In this document: piece by piece, positions 15,254-25,599 of the stretch
How positions within the stretch are numbered: the first letter of the stretch is position 1
How the letters are laid out: each line of letters begins with the position of its first letter
Origin: a virus
IMG/VR virus record: IMGVR_UViG_3300025646_000024
Coordinates: 16,264 to 80,263 of that record
DNA: 64,000 nt
Direction: 5' to 3' (one strand)
Position numbers and translations under genes: made by a program
Notes under the pieces: generated by a model
Database searches by the model: none
The model's input: the letters and a program-made list of their open reading frames with translations, nothing else
What the model was told of the DNA's origin: nothing

Positions 15254-15325
15254 GTCCCTAAATACTACCGAAGGGATAGCAACCCCTTTAAAAGTTCTGT
15301 TAGACCCATTTTTTGGAGAAAACAG

Positions 15326-15481
15326 ATGGCAATTCACCCAAATCCCGACAGGGATGTTACATATATGAAGCAAACGTGGGGAACTACAAAATTAGTTACA
15401 GATTATGCTTCGTTACCAACAAAAAGAAAAAAGGTTTACCAAGTAGACTATTGTGAATACTTTAAAGATACATCTAAATAG
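15326..15481 (+). CDS. Small hypothetical protein upstream of g25 (start revised to ATG 15326)
   Basis: GGAG SD at 15315; CTAAATA late motif at 15258. Confidence 0.7.
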   Translation: MAIHPNPDRDVTYMKQTWGTTKLVTDYASLPTKRKKVYQVDYCEYFKDTSK

Positions 15482-15506
15482 TTTATAATTACAACATTTT
15501 ATTTAA

Positions 15507-15923
15507 ATGTCAACTGTTTCACAAGAGTTAGGCAAAATTTCTAGGTCATTTAAGGACATTAGTTTAAATTTTGGACTAAATCCTGTGACTAAAGACATTG
15601 TAGTGCTAAAGAATGAAGAGGCAATTAAACAGTCGGTAAAAAATTTAGTATTAACTAGGTTAGGAGAAAGACTGTTTAATCCTCTTATTGGAACTGATAC
15701 TACAAGTTACTTATTTGAGCTAACTGCTACATTCTCAGCAAATTCACTGATTGAAGAAATTGAAAGTGTTTTGCTTACATATGAACCTAGAATAACACTT
15801 AATAATATTACAGTTAATGTGGATGACGATACAAATGAATTTGAAGTTATAATAGATTATTTTATTGTTGGATTACCTCCCATAGTACAAACCGTAGATT
15901 TTATCCTCGTAAGAGAAAGTTAA
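15507..15923 (+). CDS. g25: Baseplate wedge subunit gp25
   Basis: AIKQSVKNLVLT..GERLFNP.IG; YEPRI. Confidence 0.92.
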   Translation: MSTVSQELGKISRSFKDISLNFGLNPVTKDIVVLKNEEAIKQSVKNLVLTRLGERLFNPLIGTDTTSYLFELTATFSANSLIEEIESVLLTYEPRITLNNITVNVDDDTNEFEVIIDYFIVGLPPIVQTVDFILVRES

Positions 15924-15926
15924 TAA

Positions 15927-18095
15927 ATGGAACTACCTACTATCTCTGCTTTAGAATTCGATCAAATCAGAGAATCCATTAAAAATTTTATCAAAAGTAA
16001 GACTGATTTCCAGGATTACGATTTTGAAGGATCCAACTTATCCATGTTGGTGGATGTTTTGGCATATAACAGCATGTATTCGTCATATAACATCAATATG
16101 GCGGCAAATGAGCTTAATCTGGATACTGCAGTGCTTCGTGATAATGTAGTTTCACATGCAAAAAGATTAGGATATACTCCAAATTCATATACTTCGGCAA
16201 AAGTCAATTATAACATTACAGTAAACAACGTTGGCAATTACCAATCAGTAAATATTAGTGCCGGACCACTATTTTCTACAACTCAAAATAATAAAGTATA
16301 TACATTTTTACTTAGAAGTGCGCTGAATGTAAATACTCAAGGAAGTTCTTCAGTAACATTTCAAAATATAGAGCTAGTTGAGGGCTCCGAATTTAGTATT
16401 AGATACACTGTAGATGATGCCAACGAAAACCAACGTTTTTTTGTCCCAAATAACTTTGTAGATGCAGATTCCATCAAGGTTTTCATAATTTCAGACCCAT
16501 CAACTAACTTAGAAGTTGAATATGAAAGAAAACTTGGTATTGTAGGTGTAATTGCATCAGATAGAGTATTTTTTGTCGAAGAAGTTCAAGATCAAAAATA
16601 TGAAATTATTTTTGGAGACGATATAATTGGTAGAAAACTACAAAATGGAGAAATTGTAATCATACGATATATTGTGTCAAATGGATCAGATGCTAATCAA
16701 ATTGCGACCTCTCAATTAAAGTTTATTGGTACTGTAACTGGAGATTCATCTAATATTTCAGCAACTAATATTTCTACCACTGCACTAAGTACAAAAACTG
16801 ATGGTGGATCAGAGTTTGAATCAATTAAATCAATAAAATATAGAGCCCCTAGATACTACGCTGCCCAGCAACGAGCAGTAGTGAATAGTGACTATGAAAG
16901 CATTCTACAAAATATTTATTCAAATGCAGATTTAATTAGAGTTATTGGAGGAGAAACTAAATCGCCTCCAGAATTTGGTAAAGTTTTTATTTCAATTAAG
17001 CCAAAAATTGGTTCTACAATTTCAATCGTAGAAAAAACTAAAATTGTTAATGAATTAAAAAGATATGCAGTTGGTTCTATAACTACAGTTATAGAAGATG
17101 CTATTCCATTCTTTATTGATTTATACATTGATGTCATTTATGAACAAAGTAAAACAAATAAAGATAAATTAACTCTCATTAATTTAACTAGACAAATTAT
17201 ATCAAATTATAATTTAGACGATGAATTTAAAAACTTTAATGGTATATTTTCGTCATCTAAATTAATTTGTCTTATTAGAGATATTGAACCTGCAGTAAAA
17301 TTTGTTATTGTGAAATCAATATTTAGAAGAACAGTTCAATTATTTGAAAACGTACATTATAGATATAAAGTTAATTTTTATACTAAATTAAAGAACAACA
17401 TTGATAGTAAGTACACTTTAATTAGTGATCCGTTTTGCATTAAAGGTTATAATGTTCCATTGGTTTTGGTAGCATTTTCAAATAATTTTTCTGGTTGTGA
17501 AAAAAATGGAATTGTCTATTTAATGACTGAAAATGAAAGAGTTATAGCAATTGCAGGATCTATAAATTATGACACTGGTGTTGTGCAATTTGATTTAACT
17601 GCATGTCAAACCACACCAATAAATATCTATGTTATTCCAGACAATCCAGATGTAACCACTGGAGCAGACACTTATCCAGTGGTCACTCCAATTAATGTGG
17701 AATATATTGATATAGGATCTTCTACTGGATCTCAAACCACAGTTCAACCGTTGCCAACTACAACCTCTCTAGTTCCACCAACACCAGCACCATCTGGAGA
17801 TCCATTAGGATCTTCTCCAACAAATAATATCCCAGGAACTACAGTAACAAACCCAGATGGTAGTGTTACCACAGTGGATGATGATGGAACTGCAATAACA
17901 ACAAATCCAGATGGAAGCCAAACTATAGAGCAACCAACAGATCCAGTAGATCCTTGCATTGCACTATATGATAAAATTGAAGCTCAAGGCTACATGGATA
18001 ATGATACCAAGCAAAAGCTTGCAGAATATGGATGCCCACCACCAGATCCAACTATTGAAGACTTTACTCCAGTTACCCCAGATATCTGCTCATGA
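15927..18095 (+). CDS. g6: Baseplate wedge subunit gp6 with Pro/Thr/Asp-rich C-terminal extension
   Basis: FDQIRESIKNFI...DYDFEGSNLSML.D.LAYN; AQQRAV...DY. Confidence 0.93.
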   Translation: MELPTISALEFDQIRESIKNFIKSKTDFQDYDFEGSNLSMLVDVLAYNSMYSSYNINMAANELNLDTAVLRDNVVSHAKRLGYTPNSYTSAKVNYNITVNNVGNYQSVNISAGPLFSTTQNNKVYTFLLRSALNVNTQGSSSVTFQNIELVEGSEFSIRYTVDDANENQRFFVPNNFVDADSIKVFIISDPSTNLEVEYERKLGIVGVIASDRVFFVEEVQDQKYEIIFGDDIIGRKLQNGEIVIIRYIVSNGSDANQIATSQLKFIGTVTGDSSNISATNISTTALSTKTDGGSEFESIKSIKYRAPRYYAAQQRAVVNSDYESILQNIYSNADLIRVIGGETKSPPEFGKVFISIKPKIGSTISIVEKTKIVNELKRYAVGSITTVIEDAIPFFIDLYIDVIYEQSKTNKDKLTLINLTRQIISNYNLDDEFKNFNGIFSSSKLICLIRDIEPAVKFVIVKSIFRRTVQLFENVHYRYKVNFYTKLKNNIDSKYTLISDPFCIKGYNVPLVLVAFSNNFSGCEKNGIVYLMTENERVIAIAGSINYDTGVVQFDLTACQTTPINIYVIPDNPDVTTGADTYPVVTPINVEYIDIGSSTGSQTTVQPLPTTTSLVPPTPAPSGDPLGSSPTNNIPGTTVTNPDGSVTTVDDDGTAITTNPDGSQTIEQPTDPVDPCIALYDKIEAQGYMDNDTKQKLAEYGCPPPDPTIEDFTPVTPDICS

Positions 18096-21000
18096 ACAGT
18101 CTAAAAGAAAAAATTGTAAATATTTCTTCCCTGATTGAAAAGCAGTTACCAAACTTTGTTGCTGAGGATAATCCAAAATTCATTTCATTTTTAAATTCAT
18201 ATTATGAATCTCAGGAAACCAAGTATAATTCGTTAGATTTAGTTACCAACTTAATTAATTATTATAATATTGGAAGTTATACTCCAGCTAGTTTAACACA
18301 ATATACAAATTTACAATCTCATTTAACAGATAGTTCTGATAGTATTACTGTAATATCCACTAAAGGATTTCCAGACAAAAATGGGTATCTTTCAATTGAT
18401 GGAGAAATAATTTTTTATAAAGAGAAAACCGCAACTCAGTTTATTAACTGTGTTCGTGGAACTTCTGCGTTTGTGTTTGAAAGTGTTCCATATAATCAAG
18501 TAGTATATAAACAAGGTTCTGGCGCTGTTTCTCATGCTAGTGGATCTCAAGTAGTTAATATTGCATATTATTTTACTCAGGAATTTTTAAAGAGAATAAA
18601 ATCTGAAATTTCTCCAAATCTACCAGAAGTACTAGTACAAGATCTAAATTTAATCACATTTTTAAAAAATATAAAATCTTTTTATTCCGCTAAAGGAAGT
18701 GAAGAGTCTCATAAAGTTTTATTCCGAATTTTATTTAACGATAAAAAGGTAAAGATACGTCTCACACCTAGAGGTTCTGGTGCTGCCATTGATATTTTAA
18801 ATTATACAGGAAAAATTGATATATTTAATTTAGTATCTGGTGGTAGTGATTACTACTACGAATTAGTCAATGGAAATTTAGTTTCTGAACCGTTGATTGA
18901 AATTGTCGGTTCTGGCACTGGCAAAAAGTTACCAGGGGAATTATCTGTACCACCTTCAGCTCAAATGAAAGTGACTCAGATGAATTCATCTGGTGCCATT
19001 ACTCAAATCTCAGTTTTAAATGAAGGTGAAAATTACATTGGTCCAATTAGTGCAAGAATAAGACCAAGAACATTTACGCAAGATCAACAAATTTATAATG
19101 TAGATTCAAATGGAGTTACTACTGGAACTGCAAAAGTAGATACTTGGGATTCTGGTGCAAATGAACTAATTTTGTATGATGTGGTCGGATATTTTAAAAT
19201 TGATGATAAAATTATTGGAGAGGGTGGAGAAAATCCAAGAGCATTTATTTCAAAAGCATATGCAGTAACAGATATAAACAAAGAAGGAAATCCTGCAATT
19301 GAAATTATTTCTGAAGATCCTACTATAGAATATCCAAAAAATTATGTATTTAGACCATCATCTGCATCATTTTATGAAAGAATAGCTATACGTTGTGAGT
19401 TATTGGCAGACCATAGTTCAATGCGAAGTTTAGATAATGTAAATTTAATCGAATTAGTACAAGCTAAAGATACTATCAATAATATTTCTGGAACATCATT
19501 CATAGTATCTGAAATTTCAAAGATAAGTGATTCATTATATGAGTTTGAATTGCAAAAATCATTGAACTATAAAGATTTATATCTCCCGTCATCAACAAAA
19601 GTTACTTCTACTGTCAGTAACATTACATCTTCATCAAATTCTACTATTTCAGTCGAATCAACTTTTAATTTTCCAAAAACTAATGGAAAATTGTTTGTAA
19701 ATAATGCAATTATAAACTATCAAAGTAAAAATGATACTCAATTTTTAAACTGCACATTAGTAGGAAATGGGAATGTCAGTGTAGTATCTGGCAATAATAT
19801 TCATTTATATGGTAGAAATTGCTTAACCTCTGGAGAACTTACATATTTCATTAAAGGTTATATTAATGGAGATAGAAGTTCTACTCCTGTTTTATTAAGA
19901 TTGTATGCTCTTCCATCCACCCCAATTATTGAAGATGGTGGAAAATTATACTCAAATGACATATATGAGTTGGAAGTTCCATCTTTAAAATTTAATAAAA
20001 CTATATTAAAGTCTAGTCAATATAGTAGTGGAAAAATAGATAGTGTAATTATAGAAAATGCAGGAACTAACTACAAGGTAAATGATAAATTAATTATAAA
20101 CAACGTGGGAAATATTGGTAGTGGATTTTCTGCTCAAATTTCTAGTATTGTTGGAAAGCAACTAGTATCAGTTAATTTTGCTGAAATTAATGAGCAAAAT
20201 TGCATAGTATTTACAACTAGTGAAAATCATGGTTTGGTAGTTGGGGATAAGGTAAAATTTAATACTAGTTTGGGAAATCAAACAGTTTTCAATGTAGTAT
20301 CAACTACTAAATTTGCTGTTGAAAATTCAACTAATTTGACAACATTATCGCTGGTAAACGTATTTTATATTACTAACTCGCCTACCGCATTGGGTCCTAT
20401 TAACTCAATCAATATTTCAAATTATGGAAAAAATTATTCTAAACTACCAGAAGTAGTTGGAGTAAATTCTCAATTTGGCACTGGAGCATTTATTCAGTTA
20501 AATTCTTCTGAAGTAGGAAAACTTACGAAGTTTACATATGATTCAGTTGGCGATGAATTGATTGGGAACAAAAATACTAAATATCAAGTAAAAATTCCAA
20601 CTAGTGCTAAAATTATTAATAATTTTGAATTAGCCTCTATTGAGGTTTTAATTGGTGGTAATAATTATAATTCTTTATTAGATAAAATAACTGTAAATGG
20701 TGTAGTAGATTTAAACTATGAGTTTGAGATAATAGCTGATTCTGGAATTATTAGGGAAGTCAATATTTTAAAAAGTAAGTATAACTTAAATTCATTTCCT
20801 ACAATTGGTGTTCAAAGCCAGTTTGGATCTGGGGCAACTTTTAATTCAAAATTAAAAAGAAAACAGCTAAAGCAAGGTGATATTTTAACATTTGGAACTC
20901 CCACATCTAATGTTAAAGCCGAAGTGGTACAGTTCGATTCTCAGTCATCTACACTAGAGTATTATGTGATATCTGGAACTATCTCAAATGGAGATGCAAT

Positions 21001-24000
21001 TTATGATTCACTTGGGATGATATATGGAAATATTCAAAGTATTAGCAATGCTTCAGTTTATTGCAAAAGATCTCCTTACATTAAATACACACCAAAGTTT
21101 TTAGATAATCTTGGATTTGTTAGTGATTCAAGTCAAAGAATTATTAATAGTGACTACATTCAAGATTGGTCATATACAATATCATCTACCAGAAATACAT
21201 CAGAGTGGAAAAATCAAGTACTTGATAATACTCATGTATCTGGCTGTAGAGTATTTGGAAAGCACAGAATTGAAAACAAAAAGGAATTTTTTGAGGCAAA
21301 AGAGGAAGTATTTAATAGTTCAGTTATTTTTAAATCTTCTCTAAGTAATTTAGTTAATTTAAATTTAAATTTATCTAAATCAACTTTATATAAAATTGCA
21401 ATAGCTGATGTATCTACATTTTCAGTTTCTGATATTGTGTATGGCAGTTTTAGCAGATCATATGGAATTATTACTGCAATAAATGATAATTACATTACAA
21501 TTAATACAGTCAGTGATACTGAATTTGAACTTGAAGAGTACATATTTAAAGTATCAGTAGAATTTATTCTTGAAAATGATAATATTACTAACTATGGCAT
21601 CTCTTTCTGGAATGGTATTTTTCAACAGCCAGTTAATTCATATTATTTGACAGAATCTGACTATATTCCTGCATTCCCAGTATCATCCACTGACGATATA
21701 GTATTGCAAGAACTTGAAACACCATTTCAAGTTTTAGATACTACGTTAATAGGAAATCAAATAATTTTAACCAAAAATTCAATACCAGTAGTACCATCAG
21801 CTAAAGAGCAACTTATAATTTCAATTCATGGCGTAGTTCAATCACCATCAGCTTATACACTTTCCCAAAATATTTTAAATTTTAATTCAATTACGATAAA
21901 ACCAGAGGATAATCTAATTGTACTATATCATCCAAAATTAAAATCACTTACATTCACTGGTTCTGGAACTAATTACACGATAAATTATACTCCCGCATCT
22001 ACATGCAATTTAGTTGTATTTGCTAATGGAGTTTATCAGACTCATTTATCTCCACTATCTAATTATTCGTTAACTGGTAATCAAATAGTATTTGCTAGTT
22101 CAATTATAAATCCTTCCATAAATCTGGTAGGATGGTACATTGATGAAACAGTAACCTGCTCTATTGTAGATATAGGAGACATCAATAATAGAAAAATTAT
22201 TGATTTAAAACCAGTAGATCTTCAAAAATTAACTGAGTATTTAGAAACCAATTCAGTTAAGTCGCCATCATCTTCATATGAAATAACTAAAGATTTACTT
22301 GAAGGTACAGTATACACAGATAATATTGGTAATGTATATGGATTTGATACAAAATTTATGTATTCAAGTCCAGAATACTCAAAGAGTTATGTTGAAGTAC
22401 TAGATCCAATTATATTTGATGGAAGTTCATACACATTTCCATTAAAGTACATGGATGGAAATTCATATGCGCTAATTAATGGAAAAACTAATTTAATTGT
22501 AAATATAGATGGAAATATTTTAGATCCAAAAAAATATACCATTACTGGTTCAAATATAGTATTTCAAAATTTATATACTTCTGCAAATAAATGCACGATA
22601 ATTGATTTCTTTAGCAATTATATCGCAAATACAACTTCTTCATCTAGGGGAATAATTTTAGATGACTTAAATGTAGTTCAAGATGGAAGCAGAAAAACTT
22701 TTAATTTATCTGATAGAGGTGTTCCTCAATATGTTAAAAATACAGCAGATATATTTACCGTAAAAAATCAAGTATTATTAATTCCTACCACACAATCACA
22801 AACAGTATCTGCAAATAAAATTACATTGCAAGAAGCACCAACTGCATCTGATATTACTCAATTATTTTATTTTAATAGACAATTAAGTCCAGCAAACACA
22901 AAGAATGTAATTTTAGATGCGTGGGAATGTTTTGATGGAGTTGATAAAACTTGGCCATTGACACGAAATGGAATTTTATTTACACCAGTAAGTGTCAATA
23001 ATTTACTGGTTTGTAGAAATGGCGTGTTTCAAATTCCAGGAGTAGATTATACTATTTCTGGCACATACATAACTTTTGATGAAGCACCAGAAATTACTGA
23101 AGATATTGTACTTATCTATTCATATAATAACATCAATCAAAATAGTTATATCACTAGCTTTAGTGCAATCGCTGAAGTATCTACTGTAAACTTAGGATTG
23201 ACTCCACCAAATGTATATGATTTGTTAGTTTCTAGAAATGGAATTATTCAAAATCCAACAGAAGATTTTACAGTATCTGGTTCTACATTAACATTTACTT
23301 CTCCAGTTCAGGTATCAGAAAGTGTCTTTATAGTATATGCTCATGCTTCTGAAGAAATTGGTATTTCTAGTGTTACTAATTCTACCATAGTTTTAGCCAC
23401 TGCAATCACTTCTGGGCAGGAAGATGGTCTTGTACTTTATGTTAATGGAACTCCAAAATTTAACAATAAAGATTATACCATTTCCAATGGAAATACAGTG
23501 ACTCTTCTCGATGGAGTTACAGTAGATCCTGGCACAGTACCATTTGCCATCAAATATGTTACTTCATTCATTGTAGATGATCTTGGAGATTGCCAAAATG
23601 GAATCAAGCAAAAATTCAGACTATTCTACAATCAACAAAACTTAATCGCTTCGGATGTAGCAAGCAATGCAGATATCTTAGTTTCAAAAAATGGAACTAT
23701 TCTATCTCCTGGAGTTCAATACACAATAAACTCTGAGAGAGGCATGATAGTATTTTCTACACCTCTAATCTCTACAGATGTAGTGTTTATGGTTAGAATG
23801 TACAATAATAAACTAATAACTTTATCTGGAAGTGGTTCGCAGTACACTCTAAGTGAAGCTGTAACAACACCAGAAAGAGAACAGTTAATTATATTTGGGT
23901 CTAAACAATGGTGTAGCGAAGAAGCTAATGACTTTGCATTCCAGAACTCAACTACTGTAACTTTTAATGGTATTACTGCAGGTGCAAATCTGTTTGCTAT

Positions 24001-25558
24001 AAAATTTGATGTCTCATTTAAAGTGTTAGATCAAATTAATACTCCATTTAATGGAGTAAATACTAAGTTTAATTTGTTTGCTACTCAAGAGAATTTCCTA
24101 CCACAAGGAACTATTGAAAATAATCAATACCCGAGTGAAACTAGTTTGATTGTAATCAAGGATGGTAAATTGCTTGATCCTGGAGTAGATTACACACTAC
24201 AAGGAGACATTAAGAGTCAAATTCAATTTGCGACAGCTCCTAGTTCATCCAGTGAAATTTCAGTTAGATCAGTCGGTTCTTTCCTAAAATTAAAAACTAT
24301 TAATTCTGCTACTGGAGCTTCATTTAATATTCAAAAAGTTGATAATACAGATTATTATGCAAATAAAGATATTGGTAGACCTAGAAAACTTGAAAATCAG
24401 ATTTTAGTTTTTAGAAACGGAAATATTCAAAGTCCACTATATGACTATTACATTGATAATAATAAATTAATTTTTACTTCAAGTATTTCATCAAGCAAAT
24501 TAGTTATACTAGATTTTAGAGGAGTTTCTTCCGATGTAAGTGTTGATTCTGTCAATTACCAAGTTTCGGTTGGAGATAAAATATTACTAGATGGAGATCC
24601 TGACTTAAAAGTAGTTTCTTCTGTGCTGTCTCCCACTGCAATGACCGTAACTTCATATATTGAGGTTGGCAAAAAGTATGTTATTACTACAGCAGGAACT
24701 AATTTTACAACATTTGGAGCTTCAAATAATAATATAGGTACTATATTTACTGCTACTGCTTCTGGAACTTCTAATGGGATCGCAAATACAGTAAATACTA
24801 AACGAGCATCTGGGCTTGCAGTTACTAGCACCACTTCAAATGGAAAAGTTACTAATTTTTCTATTACAAACGGTGGAAATAATTACAAAGATCCTGTTGT
24901 AATCAGAACTAAAGGAACTGGATTTAATGCCAAAGGAACTGCAACTGTAGATATTACTTTAGGAAACAAAGTAGTTGAACCAGTTAAAATTGAATCTCAA
25001 GGATATAATCAATATTCTACTCCTATAGTAGTACCTACTTTATATTCATATCTCTATAGACAAGTTCCATTTAGTAATTCTACAATCAAAGTAGCTACAA
25101 AATTACACACTGCAATAAATTCAACTGATGAAATTATAACTATATCAAATTCAAGTCGATTTGAATTTAGTGATATTCAGGTTGTTGTAACCTCATCTAC
25201 TGGATCTGGAGCTACATTTAGGCCATTTGTTAATAAAGGAAAAATTACTAAAATAGAGTTATTGAGTGGTGGTAGTAATTACAATGAAATAGATATATCC
25301 GTTGATGTCATCAATGGTGGTGGGTCTGGTTGTGTAATTGAACCCGTGTTAAATTCTAGTGGAACTATAACGTCAATAAATCTAAGGAATTCTGGAGAAG
25401 GATATGATAACTATAGAGTAATTATAGATTCTGAAATAGTAGAATATACTACAATTGATACTACTCAGGCACAACCACGTTTACTAGGATGCACTAGAGC
25501 ACTAAATGCAACTTCACATAATCAAAATACTTTGGTTTATTTTGATAGCTTTATTTAA
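18092..25558 (+). CDS. g7: Baseplate wedge initiator gp7 (giant, repeat-expanded)
   Basis: QLPNFV..DNPKF..FL..YY.SQE; KNIKSFY.AKG..ES; position between g6 and g8. Confidence 0.8.
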   Translation: MNSLKEKIVNISSLIEKQLPNFVAEDNPKFISFLNSYYESQETKYNSLDLVTNLINYYNIGSYTPASLTQYTNLQSHLTDSSDSITVISTKGFPDKNGYLSIDGEIIFYKEKTATQFINCVRGTSAFVFESVPYNQVVYKQGSGAVSHASGSQVVNIAYYFTQEFLKRIKSEISPNLPEVLVQDLNLITFLKNIKSFYSAKGSEESHKVLFRILFNDKKVKIRLTPRGSGAAIDILNYTGKIDIFNLVSGGSDYYYELVNGNLVSEPLIEIVGSGTGKKLPGELSVPPSAQMKVTQMNSSGAITQISVLNEGENYIGPISARIRPRTFTQDQQIYNVDSNGVTTGTAKVDTWDSGANELILYDVVGYFKIDDKIIGEGGENPRAFISKAYAVTDINKEGNPAIEIISEDPTIEYPKNYVFRPSSASFYERIAIRCELLADHSSMRSLDNVNLIELVQAKDTINNISGTSFIVSEISKISDSLYEFELQKSLNYKDLYLPSSTKVTSTVSNITSSSNSTISVESTFNFPKTNGKLFVNNAIINYQSKNDTQFLNCTLVGNGNVSVVSGNNIHLYGRNCLTSGELTYFIKGYINGDRSSTPVLLRLYALPSTPIIEDGGKLYSNDIYELEVPSLKFNKTILKSSQYSSGKIDSVIIENAGTNYKVNDKLIINNVGNIGSGFSAQISSIVGKQLVSVNFAEINEQNCIVFTTSENHGLVVGDKVKFNTSLGNQTVFNVVSTTKFAVENSTNLTTLSLVNVFYITNSPTALGPINSINISNYGKNYSKLPEVVGVNSQFGTGAFIQLNSSEVGKLTKFTYDSVGDELIGNKNTKYQVKIPTSAKIINNFELASIEVLIGGNNYNSLLDKITVNGVVDLNYEFEIIADSGIIREVNILKSKYNLNSFPTIGVQSQFGSGATFNSKLKRKQLKQGDILTFGTPTSNVKAEVVQFDSQSSTLEYYVISGTISNGDAIYDSLGMIYGNIQSISNASVYCKRSPYIKYTPKFLDNLGFVSDSSQRIINSDYIQDWSYTISSTRNTSEWKNQVLDNTHVSGCRVFGKHRIENKKEFFEAKEEVFNSSVIFKSSLSNLVNLNLNLSKSTLYKIAIADVSTFSVSDIVYGSFSRSYGIITAINDNYITINTVSDTEFELEEYIFKVSVEFILENDNITNYGISFWNGIFQQPVNSYYLTESDYIPAFPVSSTDDIVLQELETPFQVLDTTLIGNQIILTKNSIPVVPSAKEQLIISIHGVVQSPSAYTLSQNILNFNSITIKPEDNLIVLYHPKLKSLTFTGSGTNYTINYTPASTCNLVVFANGVYQTHLSPLSNYSLTGNQIVFASSIINPSINLVGWYIDETVTCSIVDIGDINNRKIIDLKPVDLQKLTEYLETNSVKSPSSSYEITKDLLEGTVYTDNIGNVYGFDTKFMYSSPEYSKSYVEVLDPIIFDGSSYTFPLKYMDGNSYALINGKTNLIVNIDGNILDPKKYTITGSNIVFQNLYTSANKCTIIDFFSNYIANTTSSSRGIILDDLNVVQDGSRKTFNLSDRGVPQYVKNTADIFTVKNQVLLIPTTQSQTVSANKITLQEAPTASDITQLFYFNRQLSPANTKNVILDAWECFDGVDKTWPLTRNGILFTPVSVNNLLVCRNGVFQIPGVDYTISGTYITFDEAPEITEDIVLIYSYNNINQNSYITSFSAIAEVSTVNLGLTPPNVYDLLVSRNGIIQNPTEDFTVSGSTLTFTSPVQVSESVFIVYAHASEEIGISSVTNSTIVLATAITSGQEDGLVLYVNGTPKFNNKDYTISNGNTVTLLDGVTVDPGTVPFAIKYVTSFIVDDLGDCQNGIKQKFRLFYNQQNLIASDVASNADILVSKNGTILSPGVQYTINSERGMIVFSTPLISTDVVFMVRMYNNKLITLSGSGSQYTLSEAVTTPEREQLIIFGSKQWCSEEANDFAFQNSTTVTFNGITAGANLFAIKFDVSFKVLDQINTPFNGVNTKFNLFATQENFLPQGTIENNQYPSETSLIVIKDGKLLDPGVDYTLQGDIKSQIQFATAPSSSSEISVRSVGSFLKLKTINSATGASFNIQKVDNTDYYANKDIGRPRKLENQILVFRNGNIQSPLYDYYIDNNKLIFTSSISSSKLVILDFRGVSSDVSVDSVNYQVSVGDKILLDGDPDLKVVSSVLSPTAMTVTSYIEVGKKYVITTAGTNFTTFGASNNNIGTIFTATASGTSNGIANTVNTKRASGLAVTSTTSNGKVTNFSITNGGNNYKDPVVIRTKGTGFNAKGTATVDITLGNKVVEPVKIESQGYNQYSTPIVVPTLYSYLYRQVPFSNSTIKVATKLHTAINSTDEIITISNSSRFEFSDIQVVVTSSTGSGATFRPFVNKGKITKIELLSGGSNYNEIDISVDVINGGGSGCVIEPVLNSSGTITSINLRNSGEGYDNYRVIIDSEIVEYTTIDTTQAQPRLLGCTRALNATSHNQNTLVYFDSFI

Positions 25559-25599
25559 ATAAATAATCATACAAAAGACTAACTACAAGGATAAAACTA

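Noticed and set aside
15185-15325. N-terminal extension of ORF 15185-15481
   Set aside because: Crosses another gene, a terminator and a late promoter; SD supports ATG 15326
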